A stretch of 64,000 nt of DNA. Source: Longimicrobiales bacterium (GTDB lineage: Bacteria; Gemmatimonadota; Gemmatimonadetes; Longimicrobiales; Gaopeijiaceae). The notes beneath the pieces were generated by a model. That model made no database searches. It saw only the letters and a program-made list of their open reading frames with translations, and had not been told where the DNA came from. The stretch spans positions 2,208,001-2,272,000 of the forward strand of contig CBDAON010000004.1 in NCBI GenBank assembly GCA_965198065.1, given 5' to 3'. Below are positions 59,238 to 64,000 of this stretch, one piece after another; positions within the stretch are counted from its first letter, which is position 1, and the number at the start of each line of letters is the position of its first letter. The position numbers were made by a program, and so were the translations under genes.

Positions 59238-61628
59238 ATGCGGGGGAACATCATGCGTCTCGGCGTCCTGTTAGCGCTCGTCGCCGGTTTCGTTCTAACC
59301 GCTCCCCCGGACGACCTCTCCGCCCAGGTAACGCGACCCCCCGAGCCCCCGGGCCGTGCGGCCGCCGCTCGCGCGGCCGGCCCCGAGATGAGGCCGCCGC
59401 ACACGCCCTCGGGCGTGGACCTGAACACGACTCAGTACGGCCTAGAGCCCGGGCGTCCCCGGATCACGCCGTACCGGACGGACACGCCCCCCGTGATCGA
59501 CGCCAACCTGGACGATCCGGTCTGGGCCCGGGCCGCGTACCTCAACGAGTTCACCCAGGAGGCCCCGAACGAGGGCGCACCGGCCACCGAGCGGACCGAG
59601 GTCTGGATCGCGTACGACGATGACCACATCTACTTCGCGTTCTACGCCCATTTCTCGGACCTGGGCCTCATGCGGGCCAATCGGGTGCAGCGGGACCGGG
59701 CCATGGGCGACGACCTCATGACGGTCTACTTCGACACGTTCCTGGACCAGCAGCGGGGCTACGACTTCGACGTGAACGGCTACGGCGTCCAGGGTGACGG
59801 CCTCATGTCCGTGGGGGGCCGCGGGGGCGGTGGCCGTGGGGGCGGTGGCGGTACCGCCGTTCCACCCGCGGACCGATCCTGGGATGCCCTGTTCGATACG
59901 GCGGGTCGGCTGGTGGAGGACGGGTTCGTGGCCGAGATGCGGATCCCCTTCAAGAGCCTACGCTATCCGGCCCTCCCTGAGGGCGAGCCCCATCGGTGGG
60001 GGTTCCAGATCGTCCGCGAGGTCAAGTCCAAGGGCCCGGAGCAAATGGTGTGGTCGCCCATGTCCCGGGCCGTATCGGGCTTCTTCACCCAGATGGGCAT
60101 CCTCGAGGGCATGAGGGACATCTCGCAGACCCGGAACATCGAGGTCCTTCCCACCTTTACAGCGATCCAGCATGGTGAGATCGACGCGACCCGACCCGGC
60201 TTCGTGAACGACAAGACGGATCCGGACTTCGGGGTGAACGTGAAGTACGGGGTGACGTCGAACCTCGTGGCGGACTTTACGGTGAATCCCGACTTCTCCC
60301 AGATCGAGTCGGACCGGGGGCAGATCGAGACGAACCTGCGCTTCCCCATTTCCTTCCCGGAGCTCCGGCCCTTCTTCGTGGAGGGGAGCGAGATCTTCAG
60401 CATCCGGGCGCCGGTGACCATTGTGCACACGCGGACGATCGTGGACCCGGGCTATGGCGCCAAGCTCTCGGGACAGATCGGACGCTTCACGCTGGGCATC
60501 CTGACGGCGAATGACGTGGCCCCCGGAAACGTGGACGACCCGGACGATCCCGCGAAGGGCAGGACGGCCCAGACGTTCATCGCGAGGGCGCAGTACGATC
60601 TGTTCTCGGAATCGAACGTCGGGATGATCTTCACGGACCGCGAGTTCATGGACAGCTACAGCCGCCTATACGGGATCGACTCGAACATCCGCTTCAGCTC
60701 GACGATTTCCGGCGATCTCCGGGCAGTGAGGACTCAGCGCCGGGCCCTGCGCGACGAGGGGGCGACGGACGGGCACCTGCTCTCGGGCCGCCTCTCCCAT
60801 AGCGGCCGTACCCTGGGAGTGTCGCTCCAGGCCAACCAGATCTCGCCCGACTTCAGGACGGACGTGGGCTTCGTTCGCCGCCGGGATCAGCGGGAGGCGT
60901 CGGGGAGCGCATCGGTCCGGTTCTGGCCCGCCGAGAGCGTGCTCGTGAACTGGGGCCCCTCGGTCAATTACGGACGGCTGTACGATTTCGACGAGGTCCT
61001 CCAGGACGAGAACCTGGGGGCGGGCATCAACTTCCAGTTCGTCCGCAACATCGGCTTCAGCGCCAACCTGACTCGCGACAAGGAGCTGTTCGCGGGGACC
61101 AATTACGAGACGAGCGGGGTCTCGCTCCGCGGGAACGTAGGCGCCCGGTCTTACTCCCTCGGGACCAACATTTCGAAGGGGGAGCAAATCTTTTACGCGG
61201 ACGAGATTGTTGGGGACCAGTTCCGCTGGGGCGTGAACGGATCGATTCGCCCAAGGGACTGGATGTCGACCGGGCTGAACTACACCTTCAGTCGCCTCAC
61301 GGACCCCAGCCGAGGGGACCTAGAGCTCTACAACATCAAGATCATCCGGTCCAACTCGAGCATTCAGTTCACGGAGCGACTCGGGCTCCGGAACATCGTC
61401 GAGTTCAGCACGCAGGATGAGACCGTCGACTTCAACCTCCTCTTCCAGTACCGGGTGAACGCCGGGACGGTCTTCTACCTGGGCTACGATGATCACTACC
61501 AGCAGGCCGACCTGATCGAGGGCGACCGGGACGGAGACGGGAACGACGAGTACCTGTTCCAGGGCGACTCGCTCCGTCGTACGAACCGGGCGATCTTCTT
61601 CAAGGCGCAGTACCTCTTGAGGTACTGA
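59238..61628 (+). CDS. Secreted CBM9-like/DUF5916-type outer-membrane protein, copy 2
   Basis: Colinear paralog of copy 1 with the same motifs. Confidence 0.82.
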   Translation: MRGNIMRLGVLLALVAGFVLTAPPDDLSAQVTRPPEPPGRAAAARAAGPEMRPPHTPSGVDLNTTQYGLEPGRPRITPYRTDTPPVIDANLDDPVWARAAYLNEFTQEAPNEGAPATERTEVWIAYDDDHIYFAFYAHFSDLGLMRANRVQRDRAMGDDLMTVYFDTFLDQQRGYDFDVNGYGVQGDGLMSVGGRGGGGRGGGGGTAVPPADRSWDALFDTAGRLVEDGFVAEMRIPFKSLRYPALPEGEPHRWGFQIVREVKSKGPEQMVWSPMSRAVSGFFTQMGILEGMRDISQTRNIEVLPTFTAIQHGEIDATRPGFVNDKTDPDFGVNVKYGVTSNLVADFTVNPDFSQIESDRGQIETNLRFPISFPELRPFFVEGSEIFSIRAPVTIVHTRTIVDPGYGAKLSGQIGRFTLGILTANDVAPGNVDDPDDPAKGRTAQTFIARAQYDLFSESNVGMIFTDREFMDSYSRLYGIDSNIRFSSTISGDLRAVRTQRRALRDEGATDGHLLSGRLSHSGRTLGVSLQANQISPDFRTDVGFVRRRDQREASGSASVRFWPAESVLVNWGPSVNYGRLYDFDEVLQDENLGAGINFQFVRNIGFSANLTRDKELFAGTNYETSGVSLRGNVGARSYSLGTNISKGEQIFYADEIVGDQFRWGVNGSIRPRDWMSTGLNYTFSRLTDPSRGDLELYNIKIIRSNSSIQFTERLGLRNIVEFSTQDETVDFNLLFQYRVNAGTVFYLGYDDHYQQADLIEGDRDGDGNDEYLFQGDSLRRTNRAIFFKAQYLLRY

Positions 61629-61663
61629 GGCGGTTCGCTTCTACGCCGCGGCTCCTTTGGGCG

Positions 61664-61693
61664 GGGCCCTCGTCTTCGGGCGAGGGCCCTTTT
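61664..61693 (+). terminator. Rho-independent terminator (paralog of 59082)
   Basis: GGGCCCTCGTC-TTCG-GGCGAGGGCCC-TTTT. Confidence 0.88.
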
Positions 61694-61737
61694 GGTTGGG
61701 GGCCGACCCATCTTTGTGCGGGGTCAGACCCTCTGTC

Positions 61738-61754
61738 ACACCACGAAGTGGTGT
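61738..61754. promoter_or_regulatory. Palindrome, candidate vapBC operator
   Basis: ACACCAC-GAA-GTGGTGT about 60 bp upstream of the antitoxin, next to an AT-rich TTATAGATT. Confidence 0.45.
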
Positions 61755-61815
61755 TATAGATTGGTGTATTGTCTCGATGTATATGGTGCGGTGCTTCTAG
61801 TGTGTGAGCAGGTCA

Positions 61816-62028
61816 ATGTCCACGAAGCGGCTCAGCGTGACGGTAGACCCGGAGCTCCTGAACGAAGCCGTGCGTCTCACCGGAGCCGGCTCCCAGAGGG
61901 AGGCGATCGAGATGGCGCTCGATGAGATGGTCCGACGGCGGCGCCTCGAGCGCATGATCCGTCGCGCGGGATCCGTGCCGCTCGTGATCTCGGTGGACGA
62001 CCTCTTGTCATCCCGAGAGGAAGAGTGA
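61816..62028 (+). CDS. vapB: VapB-family (RHH) antitoxin
   Basis: KRLSVTVDPELLNEA.RLTG..SQREAIEMAL; GTGA overlap with the PIN gene. Confidence 0.82.
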   Translation: MSTKRLSVTVDPELLNEAVRLTGAGSQREAIEMALDEMVRRRRLERMIRRAGSVPLVISVDDLLSSREEE

Positions 62029-62423
62029 AGGTCTTGATCGACTCGTCGGTCTGGATCGACTATTACCGGCCGTTCGGCACGGCTTCGCTCAGGGATTCGG
62101 TTTCGGACGCCCTCGTTTCCGGGCGGGTCTCGATCCTCCCGCTCATCGCCACCGAAGTTCTCAGGGGAGCGCCGGACGAAGGGGAGCTCGAGGCGTTGGC
62201 CGAGGACTTCTCCGCGCTGGATCTGCTCGAGGTGGATCTGGGCGTGGGCGTGGGCGCCGCCAGGATTGGAATGGCCCTCCGGCACCGGGGCGTCACGGCT
62301 CCGGCCACCGACCTGCTTATCGCCGCCGCTGCCATCGCCACCGAGCGCGAGGTCTGGCACCAGGATCGGCATTTCGAGGCCATCGCAAGCGTCGTACCGC
62401 TTGCCGAGCGGAGGATCGCTTAG
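62025..62423 (+). CDS. vapC: VapC PIN-domain toxin
   Basis: VLIDSSVWID, TEVLRG, DLLIAAAA, QDRHF. Confidence 0.9.
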   Translation: MKVLIDSSVWIDYYRPFGTASLRDSVSDALVSGRVSILPLIATEVLRGAPDEGELEALAEDFSALDLLEVDLGVGVGAARIGMALRHRGVTAPATDLLIAAAAIATEREVWHQDRHFEAIASVVPLAERRIA

Positions 62424-62469
62424 GCCCGGCTACCCTCGTGACTCAGGTGCCAGGTTCTGGCCCCGACGT

Positions 62470-62928
62470 TCAGGCGCCCAGCGAAGCCGGATGTAGCTGG
62501 AGTTGCCCCCAGAGCTCGGCCCCCGGATGGGAAGAGGCCGACTTTCGAGCGGTCTCGATGGAGCCCGCGTAGTCCCCGTCCCAGGCCAGAAGCAGCACGT
62601 CGATCCAGAGCGCCGTCGCCGCAATCAAGAGGTCGGGAAAAGGGATCGGCCGGCCGGCGGCTCGCAGGAACGCCCCCATGGACCCGGCGGAAGCGGCGGC
62701 CTCCTCCGAAAGGAGAACGGACGGCACCAGAGAGAGCTTCCGGGACAGCTCGGCCGCTCCCTCGATCGTGCTCTCTCCAGTGATGAGCTCCGCGACCGCG
62801 ACGGCGGGAAGGAGTGCCGTGCCGCTCGCGATCTCCCCGTGCGCTGCCTGGATCACGCTGCCGGTTCCCGGTGGCGGACTCCTCCGAAGAAGGAGCACTC
62901 CCACCGTCGTGTCAAAGAGCGCGGCCAC
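62470..62928 (-). CDS. vapC: VapC PIN-domain toxin (second system)
   Basis: LFDTTV, AVAELI.G, PIPFPDLLIAATAL, WDGDY. Confidence 0.8.
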   Translation of the reverse strand: MAALFDTTVGVLLLRRSPPPGTGSVIQAAHGEIASGTALLPAVAVAELITGESTIEGAAELSRKLSLVPSVLLSEEAAASAGSMGAFLRAAGRPIPFPDLLIAATALWIDVLLLAWDGDYAGSIETARKSASSHPGAELWGQLQLHPASLGA

Positions 62929-63133
62929 CGTGCTCGCGACGGTAGCTCAGGAAGTTCTCGACGCTCTCCCACGAGAGGCCCGAGCCGACGAGATCCTGCC
63001 AGGCCCGCCGAGTCTCGGTACGATCGACTGCTTCGCGCAGCGCCGTCTCTATGGCCTCGGTGAAGGTGGCGGCACCGAGCGCCGCTTTCGCCTCCTCGAG
63101 GAGCTTACGGTCGAGATCCAGCGTCGTTCTCAT
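62912..63133 (-). CDS. vapB: VapB-family antitoxin (second system)
   Basis: MRTTLDLDRKLLEEAKAALGAATFTEAIETALREAV; overlaps the toxin start. Confidence 0.82.
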   Translation of the reverse strand: MRTTLDLDRKLLEEAKAALGAATFTEAIETALREAVDRTETRRAWQDLVGSGLSWESVENFLSYRREHGGRAL

Positions 63134-63146
63134 GGGGACGCTCCGT

Positions 63147-63180
63147 CTATGCATAGCGTGCATCTGATTCGTATGCATAC
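63147..63180. promoter_or_regulatory. Twin TATGCATA palindromes, candidate operator of the second vapBC
   Basis: CTATGCATAG (63147-56) and GTATGCATAC (63171-80), with extra TGCA cores nearby. Confidence 0.6.
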
Positions 63181-63238
63181 CAAGCTGCATGGCGCTGGAG
63201 GACACCGCAAGGGAGGGCTTCCAGCTGGAGGGCCCCCG

Positions 63239-64000
63239 TCAACGCCCGCCGAACGACAGACCCACCTGGGCGATCGCTCCGTCCTCGAGGGATCCGCGCT
63301 CGAGCGAGAGCCCCCCGCCGAACTGGAATCCGCGCGTCACGACGGCGGCTCCTCCCCTGAGGTGCAGGATCCGGAGCCCGCGGTATTCCGCCCCGACCCC
63401 GGCATGGAGCTTGGGGCCCACGTTCAGGCCACCCGAAGCGGTTCTTCACGTCCGCGGACACCGTTAAGTCCTGTCCTACGTCATAGGCTACGCCCACCGC
63501 GACAGTTGGCCTGAACTTCATCTCGGTCACGAGCGCCCGGACGCCGGCCGGTGCGGCCGATCCGGGCTGCGGATCGAAGTCGGTCTCGCTCGACCCTTCT
63601 TCCAAAAGAGCCGTGCCCGGTAGGAAGACGAGCGTCTCCTGGTCCCACTCGAATGAGTTGAACACGTTCAGGCCGGCCACGCCGATCGCGAGCGGCCCGC
63701 GCCTCCACTGGACGCCGAGGTCCATCCCGAAGCCGCTTCCGTTGATCACCTCTTCATCGTCGAACCGCTGGTCGTCCGTGTGGAGAACGGGAAAGTCCGT
63801 CTCGACCCGGAGCGGGTCGCTTCTGGACCACCCCCCCGGACTCTTCCGCCACGGCCACGAAATGACCGACCGAGTACTTGAACGTCGCGCCGATCGCCAT
63901 GTCCGCGTCGAACGCCGGGAGGGGGACTGCCAGGCTCGCCGCCCCGGTCGTCGTGGCGAAGCTCTCCCCTCGGGATCCACCGAGGGAGAGATCCGTCGGG
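63239..64000 (-). pseudogene. Putative outer-membrane beta-barrel protein (C-terminal part), frameshifted twice
   Basis: Amphipathic strands AIGATFKYSVG / GSGFGMDLGVQW, TVAVGVAYD / HAGVGAEY..LHLRGG...VGLSF spread over three frames. Confidence 0.6.

Noticed and set aside
56658..61628. Diversity-generating retroelement or cassette-switching system behind the duplicated OMPs
   Set aside because: No reverse transcriptase or recombinase in the window; differences are not adenine-specific and span whole genes
1..64000. tRNA, rRNA or known riboswitch genes
   Set aside because: None recognised by eye in the intergenic regions; a tRNAscan/Infernal run is needed to exclude them formally

Overview
High-GC bacterial window; the lineage looks Gemmatimonadota-like, which is an inference from protein style only. 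1-15.9 kb: an intact S10-spc-alpha ribosomal superoperon (rpsJ to rplQ, plus rpmB) with secY, adk and map but no infA; rplQ starts with ATA, and a structured RNA candidate lies upstream of rpsM. 16-56.3 kb: hemD, then a ~40 kb surface-polysaccharide locus. It holds nucleotide-sugar enzymes, glycosyltransferases, Wzx/Wzy/Wzz-like proteins, a UpxY-type antiterminator, an AsnB amidotransferase, methyltransferases, an SLC13-cysQ-cysD-cysNC sulfate-activation module and two RCC1-repeat lipoproteins. The locus carries roughly 20 lesions (frameshifts, nonsense changes, internal deletions, gene-fusing deletions), while I found no frameshift in the ribosomal block. One glycosyltransferase is split by a complete 2,580-bp IS1595-family element with 24-bp perfect TIRs and an 8-bp TSD; the element carries a Fic-domain passenger gene and a 63-aa terminal micro-ORF. 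56.4-64 kb: two tandem paralogous CBM9/DUF5916-like outer-membrane proteins with matching terminators, two convergent vapBC toxin-antitoxin pairs, and a broken beta-barrel gene at the edge. Everything was read by eye; no database searches were run.
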